NCBI GenBank assembly: GCA_021782205.1 | Contig: JAJXVH010000007.1 | Span: 5,514 to 69,513, forward strand | Length of the DNA stretch: 64,000 bases | Direction: 5' to 3' | From: a bacterium | Lineage (GTDB): Bacteria; Elusimicrobiota; Elusimicrobia; UBA1565; UBA9628 | Shown here: in pieces, positions 44,607 through 54,739 of the stretch | How the letters are laid out: each line of letters starts with the position of its first letter | How positions within the stretch are numbered: position 1 is the stretch's first letter | Notes under the pieces: model-generated | Told to the model about the DNA's origin: nothing | Database searches by the model: none | What the model saw: the letters and a program-made list of their open reading frames with translations, nothing else | Program-made: the position numbers and the translations under genes

Positions 44607-46734
44607 CCCGCTCGACGCGCTGTTCGGCGACGGAGAGGAAGCCGGTGCCGGTGAGTTGTTCCGGGGCTATATCTCTCACGCGCTTTTATTTTATCGTCAG
44701 GGAGCCGGAGTCGATTACCCCGAACTGCGCCGTCTCGGCCGCGAGTTGAGGCTAGGGTCCGGCGTGGCGACCGGCCGCGCGCTCGGCGAGGTGCCCGATC
44801 GTCCGGGCTGGCGTCTGGCCGCGCAGGCCTTGCGTCATTCAAGCGAGCAGGGTGCCCGTTCTCTTTTGACTCGCGCGATTTCACAGTCGCCGCGAGAGGC
44901 CGCGTTCCGTGTCTTGCGTGGTTTCGTGTCCGGAGAGCAGTCTTTGGGATCGCGTCGGCTCGGCGCGGCGTCCGAGGCGGATTTCAGGGCGGCGCTGGAA
45001 CTGGATGGTGATCAGCTTTGGGCGCGCATGGGCCTGGGGATGGCGCTGGAGATGCGCCGACGCTACGTCCAGGCGATCGCGCAATTCGACGCCGCCGCGA
45101 GCCTGGCGCCCGAGTGGTCTTGGCCTTTGGTCTTTCGCGGGGTCTGCCTTTGGTATCTTGCGGAATTTCGGAGCGCGGTCGACGTCTTCGGGAAGGCCGC
45201 TCGCTTGGATCCGCGTGGAGAAATGCCGCTGCTATTTTCGGCCAGGGCGAGGGCGGATTTGCGAGACCGCAGGCTTGTCGGCGATCTTGACCGCGCCCTG
45301 CGGCTGGCGCCCGACTCGGGCTTCACGAAGTCGTGGCGCGGCCGTGCCATGTTCGTGCTCCGGCGCACTCCGGAAGCTCTTACCGATCTTCGCGCGTCGA
45401 TCCGGGCGCTCCCGGATTACGATCGAGGCTGGTCCTGGCTGGGGGTTTCGCTGGTCGAGAGCGGGCAGCCGCGTGAGGCCGTGGACTTGCTGATGAAGGC
45501 ACGCGCGCTCAATCCGTACTATCCAACGACGCTCTATCCTCTCTCGGGTGCCTTGATGGCTTTGGGCCGATGGGGCGAGGCGTCTCGGATCATGCGCGAA
45601 GCTTCGGTGGTTGATCGCTCGGGAGTGTGGGTCGAACATCGCATCAGCATGTCGCATCCCAATCCGGCCGCGCTGCGCTCACGCCGGGATCTGGACCGTC
45701 TGTTGTCTCGGCGCCCGCGTTTGGGTTGGGCGTTGGCCTGGCGCGGACAGACCGAGCTCTTGCTTCAAAATTACTGGCGCGCGCTCGATGACCTCTCGCA
45801 GGCGGCACGGCTCGACGCTCGCGATCCGTGGGCGCGGCTTTGGCGGGGGGAGACACTGCGGCGGCTTGGTTTGCGGCGCGAGGCGGCGCGAGACTTCGCC
45901 GCCGCCCTGCGCCTGGACTCCCGTCTGTCCTGGGCCCACGCCGGTCTGGGCGCGTGCCTGTTGGAAGACGGTCGTGCGCGCAGGGCGCTGGTGAGTTTGG
46001 AGCGCGCCCTGCGTCTTCAGCCGCGCTGCGGTCCTGCTCACGCATTGCGGGGCACGGCGCTCCTCGCCGTCGGCCGGCCTAACGAGGCGTCGGCGGCTTT
46101 CGCGGAGGCTTTGGAACTGCACCCGCAGGATCGCTGGGTCGCGCGACGTCTAGCCGAGACTCTGGCCTTGTGCGGCCAATGGAATTGCGCGTTGGAGGCG
46201 CTGGGCGTTCGCGGCTCTTCGGACGCCGATGCCGCCTTTGAATCCTTTCTCCTGAGCCGCGCGGGACGCGCGAAAGAGTCCGCACGCTCACTGCGCGAAG
46301 CCTTGCGACGCAATCCGGCCCAGCCTTTGGCGCTGTATCTGCGCGAGCGACAACGGATCGGGCGTCTTGCGTCCGCGCCGAACGCCCTGCGCCTATTGCG
46401 GGTTCAAGATCCCTTGGCGGCATTTTCCAAGGAAGTGTGCGTGCGCACGGCCCGCGGGGCGGGACGTGGCGCTTGCGCCGACGCGCTCCAACGTGGCGAC
46501 CTGCAGGACGCCTGTAGGAGCCTGGAAGACGCTGATTCCGCTCGTGATGGAGCGCTACTGCGTTTGCGCGCCTGGTTGAAGCTATCATGCGGGGATTGGC
46601 CGGGAGCCTTGGAAGACGCGGGGCGCGCCCTGGATTCGACCCTCGATCCGGAAGATTCCTCCGCGCGTCTTGTGCGCGACCGCGCGCTCGACGCCTTGCG
46701 CCGCCGACGATCCGGGCCTATACTGAGCCGATGA
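44590..46734 (+). CDS. tetratricopeptide repeat protein
   Basis: more than 10 TPR-like units with WxWxxWRG pattern. Confidence 0.83.
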   Translation: MTLRPDPLDALFGDGEEAGAGELFRGYISHALLFYRQGAGVDYPELRRLGRELRLGSGVATGRALGEVPDRPGWRLAAQALRHSSEQGARSLLTRAISQSPREAAFRVLRGFVSGEQSLGSRRLGAASEADFRAALELDGDQLWARMGLGMALEMRRRYVQAIAQFDAAASLAPEWSWPLVFRGVCLWYLAEFRSAVDVFGKAARLDPRGEMPLLFSARARADLRDRRLVGDLDRALRLAPDSGFTKSWRGRAMFVLRRTPEALTDLRASIRALPDYDRGWSWLGVSLVESGQPREAVDLLMKARALNPYYPTTLYPLSGALMALGRWGEASRIMREASVVDRSGVWVEHRISMSHPNPAALRSRRDLDRLLSRRPRLGWALAWRGQTELLLQNYWRALDDLSQAARLDARDPWARLWRGETLRRLGLRREAARDFAAALRLDSRLSWAHAGLGACLLEDGRARRALVSLERALRLQPRCGPAHALRGTALLAVGRPNEASAAFAEALELHPQDRWVARRLAETLALCGQWNCALEALGVRGSSDADAAFESFLLSRAGRAKESARSLREALRRNPAQPLALYLRERQRIGRLASAPNALRLLRVQDPLAAFSKEVCVRTARGAGRGACADALQRGDLQDACRSLEDADSARDGALLRLRAWLKLSCGDWPGALEDAGRALDSTLDPEDSSARLVRDRALDALRRRRSGPILSR

Positions 46735-49118
46735 CCATACGCCGCAAAAATGCCTCTCCGGTCGATGCGCCTTGGGACATGATCGTGGTCGGCGGCGGAC
46801 CGGCGGGGAGCACCCTGGCGGGATTGGCGCGGCGTCATGATGCGTCGGCGCGAATATTGGTGTTGGAGAAAGATCCCTTTCCGCGGCATCATGTGGGCGA
46901 GTCGCTTCTTCCAGGGTCGATCCCGGTGCTTAAAGAGCTGGGAGTTCACGAAAAAATTGACGCGGGCGGGTTTCCTCGAAAGATGGGCGTGATCTTTGTT
47001 TGGGGCGACGACCGCACACCATGGGACGCGGACTTCAATAATCTCAACGTTGAGATGCTTCGCAAGCACGGGCGGATGCTGGACGCGGAATTCTCCTGGC
47101 AGGTGCTGCGTTCTCGTTACGATCAAATTCTGCTCGATCATGCCGCTGAGCTCGGCGCCGAAGTCCGTTATGGTTGGAAAGCGGTCCGGGCGGTGGAGGA
47201 AAATGGGCGAGTCGTCGGCGTCGAAGTCGAAAGAGACGGGCGACGGGATGTCCTGCGCTGCGGCACTCTCGCCGACTGTTCGGGACAGTCGGGATTTCTG
47301 TCCGCGCAACGCGGCACGCGCGTATTCAACGAGGAACTGCGCAACGTCGCCGGTTACGCCTACTACAAGGGTGCGAAGTGGAAATACGAAGTGTCGGGAC
47401 ATCCCGATAAGACTAAGATTTTCATCTGCTCGGTTCCCGAAGGGTGGTTCTGGTATATCCCTCTTGCTCCCGATGTCGTTTCAGTCGGACTCGTGTCCAA
47501 GGCGTCTTACGTGAAAAATAATCCGCGCGGGCATGACTACCGGCAATTCTTTTTGGACGCGCTGTCGCGGTGTTCGGAGATCGCACCCCTGTTACGCGAC
47601 GCCCGTCTCTTGGATGATGTCGATCCGAACGTTCCCGGTAAGGATTTCTTTTCCGCGTCGGACTGGTCCTATCTCAATGAGCGGTCCTGTGGGGAGGGCT
47701 GGCTGGCGGCGGGAGATGCGGCGTTCTTTCTCGACCCGCTGCTCTCTTCGGGCGTGATGATGGCGCATCTGTCCGGACATCGCGCGGCCTATACCTGGTT
47801 GACCGCGCGGCGCGAAGACGACGCGGAGATTCGCTCCCTGTTGTGGTCGGATTACGACCGCTTCTGCAAGGAAGTCGCCGGCGCGTTTATGGCCCTGGTG
47901 CGCTTCTGGTACCGTCACGATCCGAATGCGCGCGCCTGGTGGTCCGAAGCGCGCGCCGCGTTGGGCGCGCGAACGCCGCTGGATTTGGACGACAAGACCG
48001 CTTTTGTCGCCGTGGCGGCAGGACTGACGTATTATTTTGAACGTGCTTATACGTCTCAGAATCTTTTGTTCGGCTCCAGCGGCGCCGAGCATAGCTGGCA
48101 ATGGGAAGGCACTAAACTTGAACTAAAAAACTGGACGCGGCAGATTCTGGCGATCGTCGAGACAGGCTTCTTGAAGGCCGATCCCATTCGTGATGACAAT
48201 CTCCGCCGCGCGGAGACCGAGGCCGCGCGCGAGCGCCTCTCCGACGCGTGGATACCCCGCGTGACGCGGCGCATCGAGGAGGAAACCACGTTCCTGCCGT
48301 TGTCGGCGGATGGCCGGCTGCATCCGGCGCGGCGCTATCGCGTGGTGAAGGCCGAAGGGTTGGACGCGGGTGACGACGCGGTAAATCCTAAGCGCATCCT
48401 GCCGCGATCCTACGCGCGGGCGCTATCGTTGGTCGACGGACGAAGATCGATCGGGGAGATTCGGGAAGAACTTTCGCGGACGTCGGCTTTGCCGCGGGAT
48501 ATTCTGGACGCCCAGGTGTTTCGCCTGCTGAAGGATTTGGCCGTGCTGGGGGCTGTCGAATGGGAAACGAAGCCAGGCGCTCCCGTCGGGTTTGTGCGCG
48601 CCACAGCCGAGGGTGCCTGGGCGCATTTTCGTCGGGGCGAAGAACTGTTGCGCGCGGGGGACCCCTCGGCCGCCCGGCAGTATTTGGATCGGGCTATTTC
48701 CGCCGGTGCTCCGGGGCCATGGGCCTATGCCCTCAGAGGCGAGGCTCTTCGCCATCTCCAAAACCCACGTGAGGCGGGACTGGACTTAGATGAGGCGCTG
48801 CGGTTATGCGAATGCGCGACCACCGGGAGCGGGGGCTCGCGTTTGGACGCGTTGCGCGGCCGTTTTGAGGATTCCGTCGAGCGCGCGATGATGGAAGACC
48901 GCATTCGTCTTTTGCGCGCGAAGCTACGTCTCTCTTCGGGCAACGCGGCTGGAGCGCGTGAAGACGCCGACGCGGCTCTTCGCGCCAATCCGCGCCAGTC
49001 CGAGGCCCTTGTCGTGCGCGCTCGGGCTGAGATGCTGCTAGGCCGCCTGTCCCAGGCGAAAGAAGATCTCATGGCGGCATTGGCCATCGAATCCTCTGGC
49101 CTTCGCCACCAAGGCTGA
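46731..49118 (+). CDS. flavin-dependent halogenase with RRE-like and TPR C-terminal domains
   Basis: GGGPAG, HVGES, DCSG, WFWYIP, GDAAFFLDPLLSSG; then LVDGRRSIGEI...LKDLAVLGAV and TPRs. Confidence 0.87.
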   Translation: MTIRRKNASPVDAPWDMIVVGGGPAGSTLAGLARRHDASARILVLEKDPFPRHHVGESLLPGSIPVLKELGVHEKIDAGGFPRKMGVIFVWGDDRTPWDADFNNLNVEMLRKHGRMLDAEFSWQVLRSRYDQILLDHAAELGAEVRYGWKAVRAVEENGRVVGVEVERDGRRDVLRCGTLADCSGQSGFLSAQRGTRVFNEELRNVAGYAYYKGAKWKYEVSGHPDKTKIFICSVPEGWFWYIPLAPDVVSVGLVSKASYVKNNPRGHDYRQFFLDALSRCSEIAPLLRDARLLDDVDPNVPGKDFFSASDWSYLNERSCGEGWLAAGDAAFFLDPLLSSGVMMAHLSGHRAAYTWLTARREDDAEIRSLLWSDYDRFCKEVAGAFMALVRFWYRHDPNARAWWSEARAALGARTPLDLDDKTAFVAVAAGLTYYFERAYTSQNLLFGSSGAEHSWQWEGTKLELKNWTRQILAIVETGFLKADPIRDDNLRRAETEAARERLSDAWIPRVTRRIEEETTFLPLSADGRLHPARRYRVVKAEGLDAGDDAVNPKRILPRSYARALSLVDGRRSIGEIREELSRTSALPRDILDAQVFRLLKDLAVLGAVEWETKPGAPVGFVRATAEGAWAHFRRGEELLRAGDPSAARQYLDRAISAGAPGPWAYALRGEALRHLQNPREAGLDLDEALRLCECATTGSGGSRLDALRGRFEDSVERAMMEDRIRLLRAKLRLSSGNAAGAREDADAALRANPRQSEALVVRARAEMLLGRLSQAKEDLMAALAIESSGLRHQG

Positions 49119-49210
49119 AGATCCATGGATGAGTCCTTTCAATTCATCCCGCCGTTGCGGACGCGGTCCGTGGATAGGCGGGCACGCGCCGCGCCCCACG
49201 GCAATCCTGG

Positions 49211-52200
49211 ATGTGTTGGCCGGCCTGGATCGACCCGGATAAAATTAAACCGAGCTTGGATCCGGTGTCTTCAATGATCACACGAAACGCCAGAGGCGCT
49301 CCATATCATGACGCATGTCAATCTCGCGACGTGCTGCGCCGAACGCGGGCCGACGACGTCGTCGCCATTTGGGAGTCTCTCTTCCTCTCGCGTTCTTCCC
49401 GCTTCATCTACCGGCGGCACTGCGCCATAAATCAGGAGTTCTATGAGCGCGCCCTTCAGGCTGCGCAGGATAGCGGCGCGTCGGACACGCTTCTACAGGC
49501 GCGTCTTTTGCGCCTTTTGGGACGGAATCAAGAGGCCGCGGCTTCTTTCGACCTAGCCACAGAGACGGCTCCGGATTGCGCCGAAGCCTGGGCCTGGCGC
49601 TGGGAACTTGAATTTTCGGCGACCGATAAAAAGCGCTCATTCGAAGGAATCGATCGAGCGCGCGCCCTCGAACCCAGACATGCGCTTTGGGCGGCCCTGC
49701 GCGGCATTGGTCAGTCCATCGACATTCTCAGCGGCCGCCGCGGCGAGACGGTCGGTGACCGGCGTTCGGCTTATCGAGATCTGGAGGAAGCGCTGTCATT
49801 GGAGCGCGATTGCACGCTCGCTCTGGTTGCTGTCGGGCTGCTTGATCTCAAAACATCTCGGATACGCGAAGCACTGTCCTCGTTCCAAAGAGCGGCCGCG
49901 CTGGCACCGAACGCCTCGTTCATTCTGAATAGAACGGCGGAATGTCATCTTGCTCTGGGCGAACGAGAAGAATTCGTCGCCGCCGCCGAAAACGCCATGT
50001 TGATCGACGAGGATCTTGGTTATTTCCAGCAAGCCCTGAATGTCGAAGTCCCGAAGCAAACTTTGCCGTCCCTGCTGCAGTACACGAATCGGCATTTACT
50101 TCGTCACCCGAAGGACTATTGGATGTATGTGCTCCGCGGTGACCTCAAGCGCGCGCCGCTGATCAATGATCCACTGGGAGGGTTGCAAGACCTCGAAAAG
50201 GCGGTGGAGTTGAATCCCGAGTGCTCCTATGCCTGGGCGTACCTTGCCCGCGCGCGGCAGACGCACGCCGGCATCATGGCCGCGATTGCCGCGGCGGATC
50301 GCGCCATAGCCTTGAGTCCGCGGTGCGGTTGGCATAGAATCTGGCGCGGTGAAATCCGGCGCCGCCTCGGAGACTTATCCGGAGCCCTTTCGGATATTGG
50401 CGAGGGACTTGCGCTGGACCGTGATTATGAACTGGGCTACTCATGGCGCGGCGGAGTCCTGCGCTCGTTGGGCCGCGCGTCGGAGGCAGTGGATGACCTC
50501 CGGCTCTCGGAGCGCCTGAACCCAACCCACGCATGGACCGTTCAGGAAAAGGCGCTGACGCTACGCGCGCTAGGCCACACGCAAGAAGCACTCGCGGCGC
50601 ATGACCATGCCCGGAGGCTTGATTCTAAGTTTGTCTGGTGTGCGAATCCGGCGAAGGGGAGTGAAGCGATTTCCGAACTCGATCACGTTATAAGCCGCGA
50701 TGACCGGAACGCCAGCGCCTGGGCCTGGCGCGCCCACACGAATCTGCTTCTACGCAATCATGATGATGCACTGAGCGACGCGACGCGTGCGCTCGACATC
50801 GACAATAAATCGACGCTGGCATTGACGGTGCGTGGGCGTGCGCGCCGCGAACTGGGGAGGCGACGCGCTGCCCTGGCGGATTTTCAGAGAGCGTTGAAGA
50901 TCGATCCTCGCGACTCGGTCGTGCGGTCTTGGTCGGGTAAACTGTTGTTTGAATTGGGCAAGCCGCGCGCCGCACTCAAAGAATTGCGTCGCGCGGCCGA
51001 TTCGGATCGAAAAACGGCGAGCATTTATTTGTGGCAGGGGGAGGCGGCCGAGGCGCTGGGCTTGTGGAACGAAGCCGAGAATTCATACGCGCAGGCCCTG
51101 TCGATCGACCGGCGCTATCTCGACGCCTTACTTTCCACCGTGCGTCTGCGCGTGCGTCGATCGGACGGGCCAGGCGCCATTCGCACGTTGCTGCAGGCGG
51201 CGCGCCTTGCTCCCAGGCATCCCAAGGTGCGAATAGCCTGCGGCCTGGTTTTGGATTTAAATGGTTTTCCTGCGGATGCGCGGCGGCAGTATCGAATGGC
51301 GTTTTCTGAGGGCGTACGTCTTTCCGTGGAGGAACGAACTCTGCTCCGCGGGAAACTGGATCGTCACCTGCCCGCGTCGCGCCTTGTCGTCTTGCGTCTC
51401 CTGACGTTGGCCGCGCATGCGTCGCGAAGCGCCCGTCACGAGGAGGCCCTCGCCCTTGCCGGCGACGCGCTTCGGGTCGACCCGATGAACGTGGACGCGC
51501 TCCAGCGCCGGGTCGAGGCGAACAGATGCTTGAATCGCTTCGGCCCCATGCTCCGGGATCTAAACCGTCTTGTCGCATTAAATTCGAGAGATCCCCTCTC
51601 GTTATTGTTGCGCTCACGCGGTCGAAGAAATGCCTCCCAATTTTCCGGCGCGTTGCGTGATGCGCGTCTCGCATTGGCGGTCATGTCAGCGAATTCCCCG
51701 GAGGCGTGGGTCGCCTGCGCGGAGGCCTTGAGAAATCTTGGACGAGAAATGGAATCCGTAAATGCGGCGTCCGGCGCGATTCGTCTCAGGCCCAACTGGA
51801 GTTGGGCTTATGTCGTCCGAGGCAAGGCGTTTCGTCAATCGGGCAGGATTGCCTTGGCACGGGCGGATTTTGAGGCGGCGATTCGGTTGGATCCCGAGGA
51901 CGCCAAGGCGCGTGGATGGCTGGCGGAAACGCTCAGAAAGGACGGCCGTATCGACGCCGCGGCGCGAATGGTTCGCGCGGCCGAAAAGCGGATGCCTGAT
52001 TGCGCCTGGATCGTGGCGCTCGAGTCCGAAATCGACCGCGAGCGCGGCCGCTATTATTCGGCGCTTCGGCGCATCCGCCATGCGGTACGTTTGGATCCCC
52101 ATGCGTGCTGTGCTCACGATTTCCTCGGCGATGATCCACCGCATGCAAAGCATGATGCCGCTTTTGCCTGGATATACGCTTTGCGCGGTGAAACGCATCG

Positions 52201-52600
52201 ACAAGAGAAACGATGGGATAGGGCTCAGTCGGATTTGGAGTGGGCACTCCATCTTGATCCCGGGTGTTTTTGGGCGCGGGCATGGCTGGGGGAGTTGCTG
52301 TTGGCACGCGGAAACTCCAAGCAGGCCGCGCGGGAATTGCGCCGCGCGTTGCGGCTCGTGCCCTCGTTCGCGGACGGCTGGGTCTGGCTTGGCCGGGCGC
52401 TTTTGGAAGGCAATTATCGTAAACCGGCCCTGGCGGCTTTCGAGCGGGCGTCGCACGTCGAGCCGAAGAATCCGTGGGCTCTCATTGGGCGCGGAACCGC
52501 CGCTCAAAGCCTTGGCCAAGCGCGGCAGTCCGAACGGCTCTTCCGGCGCGCGCAAACGCTGGCTCCGACGCTGTTCGCCTCCGCGAGGAGCAACACGTGA
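49211..52600 (+). CDS. large tetratricopeptide repeat protein
   Basis: 1129-aa ORF of near-continuous TPR-like units; start uncertain. Confidence 0.83.
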   Translation: MCWPAWIDPDKIKPSLDPVSSMITRNARGAPYHDACQSRDVLRRTRADDVVAIWESLFLSRSSRFIYRRHCAINQEFYERALQAAQDSGASDTLLQARLLRLLGRNQEAAASFDLATETAPDCAEAWAWRWELEFSATDKKRSFEGIDRARALEPRHALWAALRGIGQSIDILSGRRGETVGDRRSAYRDLEEALSLERDCTLALVAVGLLDLKTSRIREALSSFQRAAALAPNASFILNRTAECHLALGEREEFVAAAENAMLIDEDLGYFQQALNVEVPKQTLPSLLQYTNRHLLRHPKDYWMYVLRGDLKRAPLINDPLGGLQDLEKAVELNPECSYAWAYLARARQTHAGIMAAIAAADRAIALSPRCGWHRIWRGEIRRRLGDLSGALSDIGEGLALDRDYELGYSWRGGVLRSLGRASEAVDDLRLSERLNPTHAWTVQEKALTLRALGHTQEALAAHDHARRLDSKFVWCANPAKGSEAISELDHVISRDDRNASAWAWRAHTNLLLRNHDDALSDATRALDIDNKSTLALTVRGRARRELGRRRAALADFQRALKIDPRDSVVRSWSGKLLFELGKPRAALKELRRAADSDRKTASIYLWQGEAAEALGLWNEAENSYAQALSIDRRYLDALLSTVRLRVRRSDGPGAIRTLLQAARLAPRHPKVRIACGLVLDLNGFPADARRQYRMAFSEGVRLSVEERTLLRGKLDRHLPASRLVVLRLLTLAAHASRSARHEEALALAGDALRVDPMNVDALQRRVEANRCLNRFGPMLRDLNRLVALNSRDPLSLLLRSRGRRNASQFSGALRDARLALAVMSANSPEAWVACAEALRNLGREMESVNAASGAIRLRPNWSWAYVVRGKAFRQSGRIALARADFEAAIRLDPEDAKARGWLAETLRKDGRIDAAARMVRAAEKRMPDCAWIVALESEIDRERGRYYSALRRIRHAVRLDPHACCAHDFLGDDPPHAKHDAAFAWIYALRGETHRQEKRWDRAQSDLEWALHLDPGCFWARAWLGELLLARGNSKQAARELRRALRLVPSFADGWVWLGRALLEGNYRKPALAAFERASHVEPKNPWALIGRGTAAQSLGQARQSERLFRRAQTLAPTLFASARSNT

Positions 52601-53988
52601 AATTCGTTCTGCCCACGGTGAGGCTCGTCGCTGCGGTGGCCTATATATTCCTTTGGGCGGCGATAGGGTGGAGCGATTTCCGTTTCAAGAAAATAAAAAC
52701 CCGGTCGATTTTTTATGGCACGCTTGGTGCGCTAGCGGGCTATGCGCTTCTGGCCTCCACCACGTGGTTCGGTCAGCACGGGATCGGCAGCCATTACTTG
52801 CAGGCTCATTACTACTTTGCGGCGGCGCAGAATGCCTTGATCTGCGCGCTGACCGCACTGGCGTTATGGTTTCTGGGCGTGTGGCCGGCCGGCGACGCGA
52901 AGCTCTTTATCCTGCTGGGCGTGCTTTATCCGCTGACCACCTTTTCGGACCCGAGCGATTTCCACCGCCTCTTTTTCTCCGCATTGGTGAATGCGTTCCT
53001 CCCGGCCAGCGTTTATGTGTTCATCCAGGCTGGAAAGCATGCCTTGGAAACGCGTCTTTTCCACCGGCGCCATTTTCTGGTGCAACTCGGCTGGCGTAAG
53101 GAGTTTTCTTTTCTTTTAAACGGAATGCGCGCGGGATTTTCTAGGTTATGGCTTCGTCGCAAGAGGGTTCTCGTAACGATTCGCAAGGACATTCGCCACC
53201 CGCGGGCTGTGGCTGAAGCGAGCGCGAAAGCCGTCGCCGGTCTTTTGATGATGTCGACCGTTTCGTATTACGCGGCCAGCCTTTTCACCTCACCTGTGCT
53301 CTATACCGCGTTATGGGCGGGTGCCTACTACGCATGGGCGAAGATCCCGTCGGCGGATCTGCGGCGGATGATCTCGTGGTGCGTCGCGATCGCGGTCGTT
53401 GTTCTGCTGCTGCACCATCCGCCTCAGGATATTTCCCGTTTGGTCCGGATCTTCGAGAACTTCGCTCTTTTTAGCCTGTTTTTCTATCTCTCTTCGGGTT
53501 GGGGTATAAAAATTCTCTCCGAGGATGCTAACACGGCGTATTTGCTGGCGTTCGTCGTGCCATTTGCCGGGATGCTCTTAGGCTTGATGGCATTTCTGCT
53601 GGGGTTTGCGCGCGCGGCGGGAGCGCAGACGCTTCTCATGATTGCCGCGATGGGCGGATTTCTCGGACTGAATCTGGCGCTGGTTCGCCTCTGGGACCAT
53701 GAGGTGACGCCGCTCCATTTTGACTATGTGACGGTCAACGTCCTGCTGGCGCCCGAATTCATCAGAAAACTGCGCGCGGATGAGAGTTTCTTTAACGAAC
53801 ACTTTTCACGGCTTTATCCCGACGGCCTGACTAGCGAGCAGGTGTCCGCGCTCAAGGAGTGGTGCGCTCGCCATGGAGTCGAAAGGATCCAGCTCACGCC
53901 GACGATTTCTTTCGCTTCCTGGATATTTGTCGGCTTTTTTGCGACTTGGCTGTTGGGGGGGATGAATTATTTCGATCTGTTGCGCTAA
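52597..53988 (+). CDS. A24 prepilin/preflagellin peptidase-like multi-pass membrane protein
   Basis: WSDFRFKKI (first Asp), GVWPAGDAKL (GD motif), C-terminal TISFASWIFVGF; about 12 hydrophobic segments; GTGA overlap. Confidence 0.78.
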   Translation: MKFVLPTVRLVAAVAYIFLWAAIGWSDFRFKKIKTRSIFYGTLGALAGYALLASTTWFGQHGIGSHYLQAHYYFAAAQNALICALTALALWFLGVWPAGDAKLFILLGVLYPLTTFSDPSDFHRLFFSALVNAFLPASVYVFIQAGKHALETRLFHRRHFLVQLGWRKEFSFLLNGMRAGFSRLWLRRKRVLVTIRKDIRHPRAVAEASAKAVAGLLMMSTVSYYAASLFTSPVLYTALWAGAYYAWAKIPSADLRRMISWCVAIAVVVLLLHHPPQDISRLVRIFENFALFSLFFYLSSGWGIKILSEDANTAYLLAFVVPFAGMLLGLMAFLLGFARAAGAQTLLMIAAMGGFLGLNLALVRLWDHEVTPLHFDYVTVNVLLAPEFIRKLRADESFFNEHFSRLYPDGLTSEQVSALKEWCARHGVERIQLTPTISFASWIFVGFFATWLLGGMNYFDLLR

Positions 53989-54736
53989 GCGTGCGACGAG
54001 GATGCGTTGAGCTCGGACCGCCCGGCAACGGCGGAATGACGATGGACATCATGTGCTGGATCGAAGCTTGCCACTGTTTCAAGCGGCCCACCGCGCTTGT
54101 GCGCGTGAACCCGGCCCCTTGGTTGTCCGTGCATTTAACGCCGTAGACAGGATGTTGGCTCGGGTAAGCTTGAGCCAGTTTCTCGCAGATTTCAGCGAAC
54201 CGGTTCACTGCGGCGATCTGATCAACGCAGAAAACGATCAGGGCGTTCTGAGAAAAGTGATAGCCTGGTTCCAAGAGTCTTTCCGCGTGGCAAACCTGGT
54301 AGCCGTTATTGAAGAGTCCTCGGTTTACCGGATGCAACTGGGCTATGATGCTGTCCACGGACGATACGGCGGCTATGAGCTCCCCGCTGTAGCCGCGCTT
54401 TTGGCAGTAGTTGGCCATGTTCAGCGCGTCGCTGTAGAGCCCTGGATGACCGTAAGTCACATAGGCGACGCTGCGGCCGCGCCGAAGCTGCTGGTGGAGG
54501 TCCTCGGCGGCGATTTTAAACCGTGTTTCGTAATCCATCTCCGCGAATCTCGCATCGCAGAATGTCCTGATATCGCGGCAAAAGGCCTCAAGAAATCCGC
54601 GGATTTTTTCACCATCGCCGTGGAAATAGTACGCCACGTCCGCTTGCTTTAGAATCTGAAGAGTGCGCAAGCTCGCATCTTGAGGCCGGTCGACTCCCAG
54701 GCCACAGAAATAAAGACGCCCGAGTCGTGCTTTCAC
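53894..54736 (-). CDS. SAM-dependent methyltransferase, tetrapyrrole-methylase fold, borosin-like
   Basis: GRLYFCGLG, RRGRSVAYVTYGHPGLY, AVSSVD, GYQVCHA, YPSQHPV, SIVIPP. Confidence 0.78.
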   Translation of the reverse strand: MKARLGRLYFCGLGVDRPQDASLRTLQILKQADVAYYFHGDGEKIRGFLEAFCRDIRTFCDARFAEMDYETRFKIAAEDLHQQLRRGRSVAYVTYGHPGLYSDALNMANYCQKRGYSGELIAAVSSVDSIIAQLHPVNRGLFNNGYQVCHAERLLEPGYHFSQNALIVFCVDQIAAVNRFAEICEKLAQAYPSQHPVYGVKCTDNQGAGFTRTSAVGRLKQWQASIQHMMSIVIPPLPGGPSSTHPRRTLSATDRNNSSPPTAKSQKSRQISRKRKKSSA

Positions 54737-54739
54737 GAA

